From: Escherichia phage Av-05
Strand: one strand, 5' to 3'
DNA length: 64,000 nucleotides
Sequence record: KM190144
Position numbers and translations under genes: made by a program. The notes beneath the pieces are model-generated. The model had not been told where the DNA came from, made no database searches, and worked only from the letters and a program-made list of their open reading frames with translations. Of the stretch, positions 18,427 through 27,513 are shown in pieces; position 1 is the stretch's first letter; each line of letters begins with the position of its first letter.

Positions 18427-18960
18427 GTGCCACATGGATGTGGCCTTTATACACGTAAGGATAATTCAACTTTTAAAGACGCAGGAGCGTGCATGAAAAT
18501 TAGACAAACAACTGAAATTGACCTCGCAGGTCACAACTTTGTTATCACACATTGGTCTCCAACAAAAGCATTTAAAAATATTCCTAAGATAGGACGTTAT
18601 ATTGCTGTTCCAATGGCATCCATCTCTGGGGCACTTATGTCTGGTGGGCAGAATCTTTCTGATGCTATCCCAACAGCAGTATTATACCTGTTTGACCAGA
18701 TGGAGCAAGATAATATTGAAGAACTTTTTGCCTTAATTCTGGACGATGTATCTGTTGATGGTATGGCAGGTAAGGTAGACATTGATGATATTTTCCAAGG
18801 GAAGATGATGGACCTTATCAAACTCGTGGCAAAAGTGCTGGAGGTTAATTACGGCTGTTTTTTCACGAAAGACGGTTTCGCAAGCCTTCAGGATCTTCTG
18901 GGACGCCTGGGTCAGACCCATCAACTGAACACGATGGATCAGGCAGAGGAAGCGGAGTAA
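18427..18960 (+). CDS. Tail assembly chaperone (putative)
   Basis: 177 aa acidic protein between tube and tape measure. Confidence 0.4.
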   Translation: MPHGCGLYTRKDNSTFKDAGACMKIRQTTEIDLAGHNFVITHWSPTKAFKNIPKIGRYIAVPMASISGALMSGGQNLSDAIPTAVLYLFDQMEQDNIEELFALILDDVSVDGMAGKVDIDDIFQGKMMDLIKLVAKVLEVNYGCFFTKDGFASLQDLLGRLGQTHQLNTMDQAEEAE

Positions 18961-18995
18961 CACCGTCCAATATTTCGAAAGTTGTCCTGAGAGCT

Positions 18996-19238
18996 ATGAA
19001 TTATGCAAGAAAAAATAGCTCATTGACTTGGTTCGATTATTTGTGGTGTCGTGCTCTGAAGAGTTTTAAAGGTGAGTCTTATTCCTCACTTGAGTCTGCT
19101 GACATGGCCTACCTGCTTAAACTGAACGAATATCTTGATATTGAAGAGTTTATCCAAGACGTACAGGAGAGAGAGGAACAAAGTGCAGCCAATGCTGCCG
19201 CCGCTGCAAATAGGTCGCGCCGAGGTAGAAGAGGTTAA
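18996..19238 (+). CDS. Small tail assembly protein (putative)
   Basis: 80 aa, immediately upstream of tape measure. Confidence 0.35.
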   Translation: MNYARKNSSLTWFDYLWCRALKSFKGESYSSLESADMAYLLKLNEYLDIEEFIQDVQEREEQSAANAAAAANRSRRGRRG

Positions 19239-19243
19239 TCTCA

Positions 19244-19278
19244 AGCCAGGTTCCTTCTCGGAACCTGGCTTTTTTATT
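19244..19278 (+). terminator. Rho-independent terminator
   Basis: AGCCAGGTTCC-TTCTC-GGAACCTGGCT 11-bp perfect stem then TTTTTTATT. Confidence 0.65.
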
Positions 19279-19289
19279 GAGGAAAATCT

Positions 19290-21671
19290 ATGGCGAATAT
19301 CATAGTAACTAAAACCGTAAATACTGTCGAGTGGTCTGTAGATCGCACCAGTTACGGTCGTGCAATGAAAGCTATAAAATCCCTGAAGAAGGAATGGGAA
19401 AAGACTAACAGAGCTTTCACTTCTAATAAAAGTAATCCGGCAGCAATTTATAAACGTTCTGCACAAGAGGCTCGTCTTGTAGCTAAAAGATTACACCAAA
19501 CTGAACGTGCAGAGCAAGCAAAATCTACGGCACATGCTATTGCAATGGCAAAAAAGGAAGCTCGTGCTCGTGAACAAATAGCTAAAGTTGAGAGCGCGAG
19601 AAGAAAGCAAGCAGTAGCCAGACTAACAAACAGAAGAACACCCGAAGAACAAAAAGAATATAATGCATTAAAATCAAAGTTGAAGCAGATGGAAAAAACA
19701 GGTTCTGGGTATGGGACAAATCCAGAAATATCTGCTGCCCGTCAAGCAAGATTGCAGCAAGAACTTGCAGCAAGGAAGTCTTCAGGATCTGCCTCTGGTA
19801 TTGTTGGGGATCCTAATAGTCGCCACGACCCAAGTCTTGTGGCTGCTCAGAACTCTGCTATGGAACGCTATCATAAATCTATCCCGAAAGAAAAAACAGC
19901 GGATGAGATTAAGGCAGAAAAAGATGCTAATAAGAAGAAAGAAAGAGAAGCGTTAAGAGCAGAAAGAATAAAGGCTGCAAAACAATCAACGATTGCTAAT
20001 GCTGCTGTAAGACTTCGTGCTAAGTATGGTGATGATTTCAGATCTAAAATTAAAGGTTATGATGATCTGGAAAAGAGATTTATGCAAAGCCAGACTATGA
20101 GAGCTTCTAATTTCCGTGCTGAATTGGCAGCAATGGAAACAGGACTCCGCAAAGCTAAGGCAAATACACTATCTCTTGATCAAGGATTGAAGAACCTTCG
20201 TAGCACATTAATTAGTGTTTCTGCTGCATACGGGGCTTTTAATGCTGCCGCAAGTGTTGTGAAAACAGGGCAATTCTTTCAAGGCATGGAAGCTACCATG
20301 TTAATGGTTTCTGATGACTCAGAAGAAGCTGCGAAAAGAATGCAGTTTGTTCGGGAGCAATCTTACAGATTGGGTTTGGATTTAAAAACCGCCGCTCAAG
20401 GTTATACCCAAATGGCTATCTCTGCTAACGGTGTTTTGAGCAAGGCGCAAAATGACGAACTGTTCAAAGGCCTCTCAGAATATGCTACTGCACTTCAGGT
20501 TGATCCTGTAAAATACCAGCGTGGTATCACTGCTATCCAACAAATGATGGGTAAAGGTCAGATCATGGCTGAGGAGTTAAAATCACAACTTTCCGAAGGT
20601 ATTCCAGGTTCTCTTAATGTATTCCTTAAAGCCACACAAGAAGCATTCAATGATTCATCTATAGACATTGCAAAATTAATGGATATGATGAAGAATGGAG
20701 AGCTAAAGGCTTCAAAAATTCTTCCTTTGGTTGCTAAGTATTATGCCGAGGCCGCAAGAAAAGGTGGTGCACTTACCAAGGCACAACAAAGCAACCGTGT
20801 TGCTATGCAGCGTTTACAACAAACGTGGATGAACTTTCAGAATCAAATATTTGAAAGTGGTTTTGGTGAAGCCTTGACAGACACGTTTAACAATCTGGCA
20901 AAAGCCTTGGATAGTAATGGGGAATTGGCACGTAACATAGGACAGATAACAAAAGGTTTTGTTGAAGGCTTTATGTGGGTATTCTACCAAATATATAATA
21001 TCTTTATAGATATTGACGGGATTTTGCAGAGATATATCCCAATTTTCAGAAGAAATGGTGATGAATTAGGGAAGGCTTGGGAATGGACAGGAATGGCTAT
21101 AGGAGCTTTGTTCTTCGCCACTTCGCTAGGTAGAGTTTTCACTATCTTATCTAAAATCGCAGGACTTTCGAAGTCTCTCAAATTTTTGAAAACACTTGGT
21201 GGTGGGGTAGCTACGCCAACCGCTCCAAGCAAAGGCCCGTGGGGGGGAGGTGGATCTGGAAAAGGATCATTTCCGTTTTTCTTAAATCCCTATGCTGCTG
21301 CAACAGTTTGGGGTTTGGATTATGCGGTCTCCACTGATAGTGAGAAAGATGATAAAAAGCGGCAGCTTGGTAATGCCTATTCCTATGGTAGTGGTGACTT
21401 CATGGCTGTGGTTGGAGGGATGTTAACAAACTGGTGGTCATCCCTGTGGGCTGGGCATATGCAGGATAAAGCTAACTATCTCCAATCCCATAATCTAATG
21501 CCTGGTGGTTCGACGGGTCAAACTGTAGCCCCTATGGTCATTCCTACCGAGCCTGTCAGTGGTGAAATAACCATTAAAATAGATGCTGGTGAATTACGCA
21601 ATATGATTGATCAGCAAATAGAGACAGCCAATATGGATAACATTAATCTTATTCTCGCTGTCCCTCAATAA
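19290..21671 (+). CDS. Tail tape measure protein
   Basis: 793 aa, long A/K/E/R-rich coiled-coil N-half, hydrophobic and Gly-rich segments (GGGVATPTAPSKGPWGGGGSGKG). Confidence 0.7.
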   Translation: MANIIVTKTVNTVEWSVDRTSYGRAMKAIKSLKKEWEKTNRAFTSNKSNPAAIYKRSAQEARLVAKRLHQTERAEQAKSTAHAIAMAKKEARAREQIAKVESARRKQAVARLTNRRTPEEQKEYNALKSKLKQMEKTGSGYGTNPEISAARQARLQQELAARKSSGSASGIVGDPNSRHDPSLVAAQNSAMERYHKSIPKEKTADEIKAEKDANKKKEREALRAERIKAAKQSTIANAAVRLRAKYGDDFRSKIKGYDDLEKRFMQSQTMRASNFRAELAAMETGLRKAKANTLSLDQGLKNLRSTLISVSAAYGAFNAAASVVKTGQFFQGMEATMLMVSDDSEEAAKRMQFVREQSYRLGLDLKTAAQGYTQMAISANGVLSKAQNDELFKGLSEYATALQVDPVKYQRGITAIQQMMGKGQIMAEELKSQLSEGIPGSLNVFLKATQEAFNDSSIDIAKLMDMMKNGELKASKILPLVAKYYAEAARKGGALTKAQQSNRVAMQRLQQTWMNFQNQIFESGFGEALTDTFNNLAKALDSNGELARNIGQITKGFVEGFMWVFYQIYNIFIDIDGILQRYIPIFRRNGDELGKAWEWTGMAIGALFFATSLGRVFTILSKIAGLSKSLKFLKTLGGGVATPTAPSKGPWGGGGSGKGSFPFFLNPYAAATVWGLDYAVSTDSEKDDKKRQLGNAYSYGSGDFMAVVGGMLTNWWSSLWAGHMQDKANYLQSHNLMPGGSTGQTVAPMVIPTEPVSGEITIKIDAGELRNMIDQQIETANMDNINLILAVPQ

Positions 21672-21675
21672 TTTG

Positions 21676-21700
21676 AAGGGGCTTTTGCCCCTTTTATTGT
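21676..21700 (+). terminator. Rho-independent terminator
   Basis: AAGGGGC-TTTT-GCCCCTT hairpin followed by TTATTGTTTT. Confidence 0.55.
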
Positions 21701-21751
21701 TTTAATAAAAGATTTATGATAAAATCATACAAGAACAAGTGAGGGTTTTTC

Positions 21752-22624
21752 ATGGCTTCAGTTTCTAATAACCAGTCAAAACCACAGCAAGGGAAGGCCA
21801 CGGCAAATGTTGAAAGAAAAGTAAACAATGCGCAGGATACAAGTGCTGGCGTTAAGTATACACTTTTTGCTAGTGGTCTTAATTATGGTGGTCGTAATAT
21901 TGAGTTAAAAGACAAAAATTATACAGATGATCTGGCAATAATTTTCGATGTTGTCGAGGAACACACCTATACAAGAGAAGTGGATAAAACATCTTACGCA
22001 GTTGAAGATAGGGTTAAATTCAGCGACCACGGTGTAATAAAAGATGGGAAATTCTCTTTTAGCGCAAGGGTTAGCTCATCACCACTCTCAATTATTCAGT
22101 TTAACTACATAGATAAAGATACTGATAATAAAAACCCTGCTGCATCAAAAAGACCAGAAAAAGCCCTAGAGATTCTTGAACGTCTTATAGACCAACGACA
22201 AATTGTAACTCTTGTGACAGAGGATAGAATCTTAGATAATTACATCCTCACTTCAATGGAAGCATCACGTAGTAATTCTGATGGTGCGGCATTAGTTTTT
22301 CAATTAGAGTTTACAGAGTTCCGTACATTTACATTGGGAAAGACCATCTTAGCCACCATCTATACAGACGCTAAAAAAACAGGAAAGACAAAGCAAAAAG
22401 GGGCTGTTCAATCTTCGGCTAACCAAGAAGAGTTAGATGTTACAGCTATGAGAACACGGTATATAGGGCCGGATGCTGAGAACAGGCAGAAAATGGCAGA
22501 CGCGAGAGGGTATGGCAATTTTACGAAACATGACACCAAAGTTGGCACATTATCTCCAGATGGGAAATTAAGAGATTTAGAAGGTAATATCACAGATTAT
22601 GATAGCCTAGTGGGGAAAAATTAA
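21752..22624 (+). CDS. Baseplate/tail protein (putative)
   Basis: 290 aa, first gene after tape measure. Confidence 0.35.
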   Translation: MASVSNNQSKPQQGKATANVERKVNNAQDTSAGVKYTLFASGLNYGGRNIELKDKNYTDDLAIIFDVVEEHTYTREVDKTSYAVEDRVKFSDHGVIKDGKFSFSARVSSSPLSIIQFNYIDKDTDNKNPAASKRPEKALEILERLIDQRQIVTLVTEDRILDNYILTSMEASRSNSDGAALVFQLEFTEFRTFTLGKTILATIYTDAKKTGKTKQKGAVQSSANQEELDVTAMRTRYIGPDAENRQKMADARGYGNFTKHDTKVGTLSPDGKLRDLEGNITDYDSLVGKN

Positions 22625-22971
22625 TGAAAGTTACATTTTCGTGGGATATTGATGGATTTGCCGACCAAACAATGAGAGTCGTTTTGGACAGCAGGACTTA
22701 TGAAATGAGATTCCAATGGAATGAGAGAGATGAATCTTGGTTGGTATATTTTGGGGATGTTGGTTCAGAACCTACGGTGTCCTTCAAATTAACAACAATA
22801 TTCGATATACTGGAACCTTTTAAGTATATGGAAAACATTCCTAATGGTGTTTTGAGTGTTTGGTCATTCAGTTCATCTACAAAACGTGTTGGAAGGTACA
22901 ATATCGGATTTCTTGCAGATCTCCAACTTCTTTATTCATCTCCTGATGAGGAGTTAACAGGTGAGGAGTAA
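22624..22971 (+). CDS. Baseplate assembly protein (putative)
   Basis: 115 aa, ATGA-coupled to previous gene. Confidence 0.35.
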   Translation: MKVTFSWDIDGFADQTMRVVLDSRTYEMRFQWNERDESWLVYFGDVGSEPTVSFKLTTIFDILEPFKYMENIPNGVLSVWSFSSSTKRVGRYNIGFLADLQLLYSSPDEELTGEE

Positions 22972-22976
22972 TAATT

Positions 22977-23975
22977 ATGCCATCTTACAGAACAAGAACA
23001 TATAAACTAACAATAGGCAAACCAGTATATATCGGAGAAAAGCCTACAAATATTTCCGATTATACAAATAAAAACAGTAAAGATGCTTATGTTGTAAGTA
23101 ATGAGTACGGTTCTGCAAATATAGAATTTGAAGTTAAAAAAGATAACTCGAAAGACCCCAACAAAGGTTACGTAACAATTTACAATTTGAGTGATGAAAC
23201 AGTTAGCTATTTAGATGCTAACCAGAGAGAATCTATAGCCATAGTGTTGGAGGCTGGGTTTGATGGTGAAAACCAAATGTTATTCTCTGGGACAGTAGAG
23301 TTTGTTCAGGATAAATGGGATGGAAATACCCGCCAAACAAAGATGATCCTTGGTGATGCAACCACAAATATTATGACTGCTAAAACAGCAAGATCATATA
23401 AAAAAGGAACACCTTTAGATACTGTTCTTAATGATTTGATTTCCGATTTAAAATTACCTATCGGAAAAGTTGTTAAATTCGGGAATAGGACTCTTCAACA
23501 ATCAATGGCATTCACAGGGAATGCTGCTAATAATCTTGAGAGATTAGCCAGAAATACAGGTTCCACATTTAGTGTCCAGGATGGCGCTGTGTACTGGACA
23601 ACACAAGGTAAAAGATTTAAGAACGCTGTTTTTGAAATAAGCGCAGAATCTGGGATGCATGATTCTCCAACCCCACAGAATCCAGAACCTGCTAAAAGAA
23701 GACTTGAGAAAGAAAGCAAAAAGAAAAAAAGGAAACCTAAACCTGGCACGGATACAAGACCAAGTAGAGCAAGAATAAAAGAAGACGCTGGGTTGGTTGT
23801 AACCACAGAGCTTAATGGGGCAATTATTCCTGAGAGCACAATTTATTTGAAGAGTCATAAATATACAGGTTTCTATAAAGTAGTATATTTGACACACAAA
23901 GGGCAACTTGAAGGTGGAGATTGGATTTCCGAAATTGGCCTTGCTGAAGCCCGTGGTGGTGTTGTGGAGGAATAA
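22977..23975 (+). CDS. Baseplate hub protein (putative, gpD/late-control-D-like)
   Basis: 332 aa, position upstream of spike; internal Lys-rich linker. Confidence 0.35.
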   Translation: MPSYRTRTYKLTIGKPVYIGEKPTNISDYTNKNSKDAYVVSNEYGSANIEFEVKKDNSKDPNKGYVTIYNLSDETVSYLDANQRESIAIVLEAGFDGENQMLFSGTVEFVQDKWDGNTRQTKMILGDATTNIMTAKTARSYKKGTPLDTVLNDLISDLKLPIGKVVKFGNRTLQQSMAFTGNAANNLERLARNTGSTFSVQDGAVYWTTQGKRFKNAVFEISAESGMHDSPTPQNPEPAKRRLEKESKKKKRKPKPGTDTRPSRARIKEDAGLVVTTELNGAIIPESTIYLKSHKYTGFYKVVYLTHKGQLEGGDWISEIGLAEARGGVVEE

Positions 23976-24676
23976 TGGCAGCAATTCAAAGAATGGACGC
24001 AGCATTGAATCAGTGGTTTGCGAGACAAGCCAGAGACATCCATACAGGATTAAGGGCGAAGGTTGTTGAGGTTGATTATAGCATACCCTCAGCAACTGTA
24101 CAACCTTTAGCATCCACCAATTTCGATGACGGAACAGTAGATGCATATCCTGCTGTTTTCGATGTGCCGCTTTCGATGCCAAGCGCAAACGGCGGTAAGG
24201 CAAGACTTACATTGCCTGTTAAACCCGGTGATATTGTCGGGTTATCTTTTTCAGAGAGAAATGAGTCAGATGCTAATGACTTAACGACACACGGTTTATT
24301 TCCTGGGTGGTCAATCATTGGTGTTCACAGTGATGGGAATGCAATGGTTATCGACCCAAACAATGTGGAATTATGGAACGATCAAGTTCATTTCTCTCTT
24401 GCCCCTGAAGGAGATTTTGTATTAAAAGGCCCAGTGGGAACATTTACTGTTGATAAAGATGGCAAAATGTCTTTTACCAACGGGTCTGCGACATTGACAG
24501 CGAAGCCTGATGGGAATATAGAGATGAATGGGGCGAAGGTGACACCAGATGGGAATATTGTGACAGCTAGAGGTGTGAATTTAAATGATTTCTACGACTG
24601 GTTTGCAAGGCACACACACCACTATGTTTGGACAGACCCATCTGGTGAAAGTGACACAAATGTCCCTAACAAATAA
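23975..24676 (+). CDS. Baseplate central spike (putative)
   Basis: 233 aa; C-terminal HTHHY (HxH-like tip motif). Confidence 0.4.
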   Translation: MAAIQRMDAALNQWFARQARDIHTGLRAKVVEVDYSIPSATVQPLASTNFDDGTVDAYPAVFDVPLSMPSANGGKARLTLPVKPGDIVGLSFSERNESDANDLTTHGLFPGWSIIGVHSDGNAMVIDPNNVELWNDQVHFSLAPEGDFVLKGPVGTFTVDKDGKMSFTNGSATLTAKPDGNIEMNGAKVTPDGNIVTARGVNLNDFYDWFARHTHHYVWTDPSGESDTNVPNK

Positions 24677-24685
24677 GGAGTCTAA

Positions 24686-25213
24686 ATGGCAACTCTCTAT
24701 TCTGATTTATTAATGGATCCTGTTACTGGGGATCTCGATGTCTCAGAAGGTCTTAAACTGATAGAATCAAACCAAGTTAGTCTTCGTCAACGTTTATGGC
24801 TAAGGTTTAATGTCTGGCAAGGAGACTGGTATTTCGATGAGACATTCGGATTCCCATATCGAACATATATTAGCAAGAAGGTTATGAAGACTGTACTTGA
24901 TAATAAGATAAAAGAGGTGACGAGGCAGGAACCGGACGTTTTGGAAATAACTTATTTTCATTCCACAATGGATTCAGGAACAAGAAGCTATCAAGCATAT
25001 TTTGAAGTGACAACCAAAGAACAAGAGGTTGTTAGGATTGCCTTTATAGGGCAGGATGAGTATTATTATCCAGAAGCTGATGCAGGGACAACAATCCTTT
25101 GCGATGATGATGGCTGGATACTTTGGGCTAACAAACTCTATTATCTCATCAATTTCCGTTTGCCTCGTACAGGCGACGCAACTTGGTGGAATAAGTGGGC
25201 AACTAATGAATAA
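24686..25213 (+). CDS. gp25-like baseplate wedge protein
   Basis: VSLRQRLWLRFNVWQGDWYFDETFGFPY resembles GPW/gp25 core. Confidence 0.45.
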   Translation: MATLYSDLLMDPVTGDLDVSEGLKLIESNQVSLRQRLWLRFNVWQGDWYFDETFGFPYRTYISKKVMKTVLDNKIKEVTRQEPDVLEITYFHSTMDSGTRSYQAYFEVTTKEQEVVRIAFIGQDEYYYPEADAGTTILCDDDGWILWANKLYYLINFRLPRTGDATWWNKWATNE

Positions 25214-25216
25214 TGG

Positions 25217-25245
25217 AAAGGGGCATAAGCCCCTTTATTTGTGTT
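25217..25245 (+). terminator. Rho-independent terminator
   Basis: AGGGGC-ATAA-GCCCCT hairpin then TTATTTGTGTTT. Confidence 0.5.
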
Positions 25246-25318
25246 TACTATTTATAATTAAGACATATTGTGGTAAAATAACCACATCTTATAATAATTT
25301 ACAAGAGGAGGCATAATC

Positions 25319-25633
25319 GTGGCTGCTCAATTTGGATTAAATGACTACGGTTTTTCAATTCCGTCCCTTGATGACTTGATAACAGATACCAAGCAATCCC
25401 TTATTAGAGCTTTTGGTGAAAACTTTAACACCCAAACTAACTCCGTTGTTGATAAGATCACTACTATTTTCAACGAAAGGGAATATCAATTAATTCTTTT
25501 GGCTGCATCTATTTATGCAGCACAAACGTTAGCAGGGGCAGAAGGTATATATCTTGACGAGATTCTTGGTCGTCGTGGGATATTCCGTAGAGGAAAAACC
25601 AAAGGGTCCGGTACTGGTTCAAATGGTAATTAA
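25319..25633 (+). CDS. Baseplate J-like protein, N-terminal part (frame-shifted)
   Basis: N-terminus of baseplate J-type protein; stop at 25631 inside overlap with next frame. Confidence 0.45.
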   Translation: MAAQFGLNDYGFSIPSLDDLITDTKQSLIRAFGENFNTQTNSVVDKITTIFNEREYQLILLAASIYAAQTLAGAEGIYLDEILGRRGIFRRGKTKGSGTGSNGN

Positions 25634-26813
25634 TAACACAGTGCCGTATAATATGATTTATGATGCCGCAACATACAGTATTGACGGTGGGAATTTTGTG
25701 TTAACAGAAGATACTGCCGTTGCTGGTAATATCATAGCGCAGCAAATAACCAATCAGGATTGGGTTCTTGGTAACTACACCATCCAGATAGTTAACCAGA
25801 ATGATGGGACAACAAAGACACTGAACCTATCTCTGAAAAACAAAACCCCAAACAGCACCGAATTAAACTCTTTTATGATGGCTATGAAAGAGTTTATAGT
25901 CGATAATACAACTTATCTGAACGAAGATAAGATCTTTATCGAATCTTCTTCAGGAAGTATGTTTATAGGTTATGATCAAAATAAGAAAATGATTGGTCTT
26001 AATGCTCCTGTTGACTTTAGAACATCACCCCTGCTTGGTCAAAGAACAATAACCATGGATGTTATTGCTGTTGAAGCAGGAGAAATATCTAGAGAAGCAG
26101 AGACAGTTACCAACATAAGCCCGACACCAAGTGGTTTTGTTAGCTTGACGAACAGGGAAGCATTTAGTGATGGTACAGATGTTGAGACGGATACAGAATA
26201 TAAGCTGAGGGCTTCGAGCACCACATCAACAGGTGCTGCCGCAACACGGCCAGCTATTGTTTCTGCTGTTTTAAATGTGCCTGGTGTAAGTAAGGTTAAA
26301 ATTTTCTCCAACAATACTGGTGTGACAAACGAGTACGGTGTTCCAGCGTATAAGTTTGAGACAGTAGTCTATGGTGGGGCCACAGAAGATATCAGTAAGG
26401 CACTTTATAATACCATAGCACTCTCTAATGCTACTTATGGTGATGTATTCTATGATGTGACTACAGAAGATGACCAAGTAGAAAGAATTTATCATAGCAA
26501 GGCAAAAGTAAGGCAACTTGAAATTCGTGTCAGATATAAAGGTAAATTACTATCCCTTACAGAACAGAACACGATCAGGGATTCCCTTAAAGCTGTTGTT
26601 GATCCTCTTAACATTGCAGATACGTTGTACAATATCCAACTTGTTTCTGCTGTGGGGTCATCCATCTCATCAGGTAGATTTACTCAACTTTTAGTAGATG
26701 TCAAAAACAAAGGTGAACCAGACAGTACGTATACTAATGATGATATTGTTGCTACTATGACAGAAGTTTTCGCTGTAGAGTTAAATGACATAACTTTCCA
26801 GCAAGTTCTTTAA
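25554..26813 (+). CDS. Baseplate J-like protein, C-terminal part (+1 frame continuation)
   Basis: 419 aa in +1 frame; A5 run at 25594-25598 in the overlap. Confidence 0.45.
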   Translation: MTRFLVVVGYSVEEKPKGPVLVQMVINNTVPYNMIYDAATYSIDGGNFVLTEDTAVAGNIIAQQITNQDWVLGNYTIQIVNQNDGTTKTLNLSLKNKTPNSTELNSFMMAMKEFIVDNTTYLNEDKIFIESSSGSMFIGYDQNKKMIGLNAPVDFRTSPLLGQRTITMDVIAVEAGEISREAETVTNISPTPSGFVSLTNREAFSDGTDVETDTEYKLRASSTTSTGAAATRPAIVSAVLNVPGVSKVKIFSNNTGVTNEYGVPAYKFETVVYGGATEDISKALYNTIALSNATYGDVFYDVTTEDDQVERIYHSKAKVRQLEIRVRYKGKLLSLTEQNTIRDSLKAVVDPLNIADTLYNIQLVSAVGSSISSGRFTQLLVDVKNKGEPDSTYTNDDIVATMTEVFAVELNDITFQQVL

Positions 26814-26823
26814 GGATGTTATT

Positions 26824-27501
26824 ATGGCAGACTATTTAAAAGATGTAAATCATATACACACACTGCCAGATTTCGTTGAGGGAGGTATTGACTATCTCCC
26901 TGGTGATTTTCTGAAAGAGAAAAAGAATCTTGTAAAATTTCTGACAATATACCTTGAAAGATTGAAAGCTGTTGATGAGATGCTTGTAAAGCTATCAGAA
27001 GGTAGATTATTAAGGAATGCCGCAGGGCTGAATCTTGATGAGATAGGTAATCAGGTTGGTATTGAGAGAAACGGGCTTGATGATGCCACCTATAGGGCAA
27101 TAATAATGATCTTGGCTGCTGGATCTGCAAGACACGGTACAAGACCAGAGTTTATTGAAACATTAAATCAACTGTTTGGTGTTGGAAATTTTACAACTTA
27201 CAAAGGGGATAATTACCGTTTTGACGTAAACGTATCGAAAAGCTGTTTCGACTTAGCAGCAGCGATAGATGAGATACTTGACCTATTACCGTTACCAACG
27301 CATCTTAGACTAACAGAGTCTGTGGGTTTGGCGTTTGGTTTTAAGAATGACAAACATGCACTTGGATTCGGATCTGTGACAGAGAAATCAAGAACTGGTG
27401 ATGGTGGTTTAGCCCATCTAGTTTACGTACCGGATCCACCAAGAACATCGGATGACATCCTTATTTATGTTGACAATATTTCTGTAGATGCTACAGAGTA
27501 G
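26824..27501 (+). CDS. Baseplate wedge protein (putative, tail-protein-I-like position)
   Basis: 225 aa directly after J-like gene. Confidence 0.35.
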   Translation: MADYLKDVNHIHTLPDFVEGGIDYLPGDFLKEKKNLVKFLTIYLERLKAVDEMLVKLSEGRLLRNAAGLNLDEIGNQVGIERNGLDDATYRAIIMILAAGSARHGTRPEFIETLNQLFGVGNFTTYKGDNYRFDVNVSKSCFDLAAAIDEILDLLPLPTHLRLTESVGLAFGFKNDKHALGFGSVTEKSRTGDGGLAHLVYVPDPPRTSDDILIYVDNISVDATE

Positions 27502-27513
27502 AGGAGACCACAT

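Noticed and set aside
25056-25316. 86-aa plus-strand ORF spanning the end of the gp25-like gene and the intergenic terminator
   Set aside because: Overlaps a well-formed terminator hairpin and another gene's 3' end; hydrophobic junk translation.
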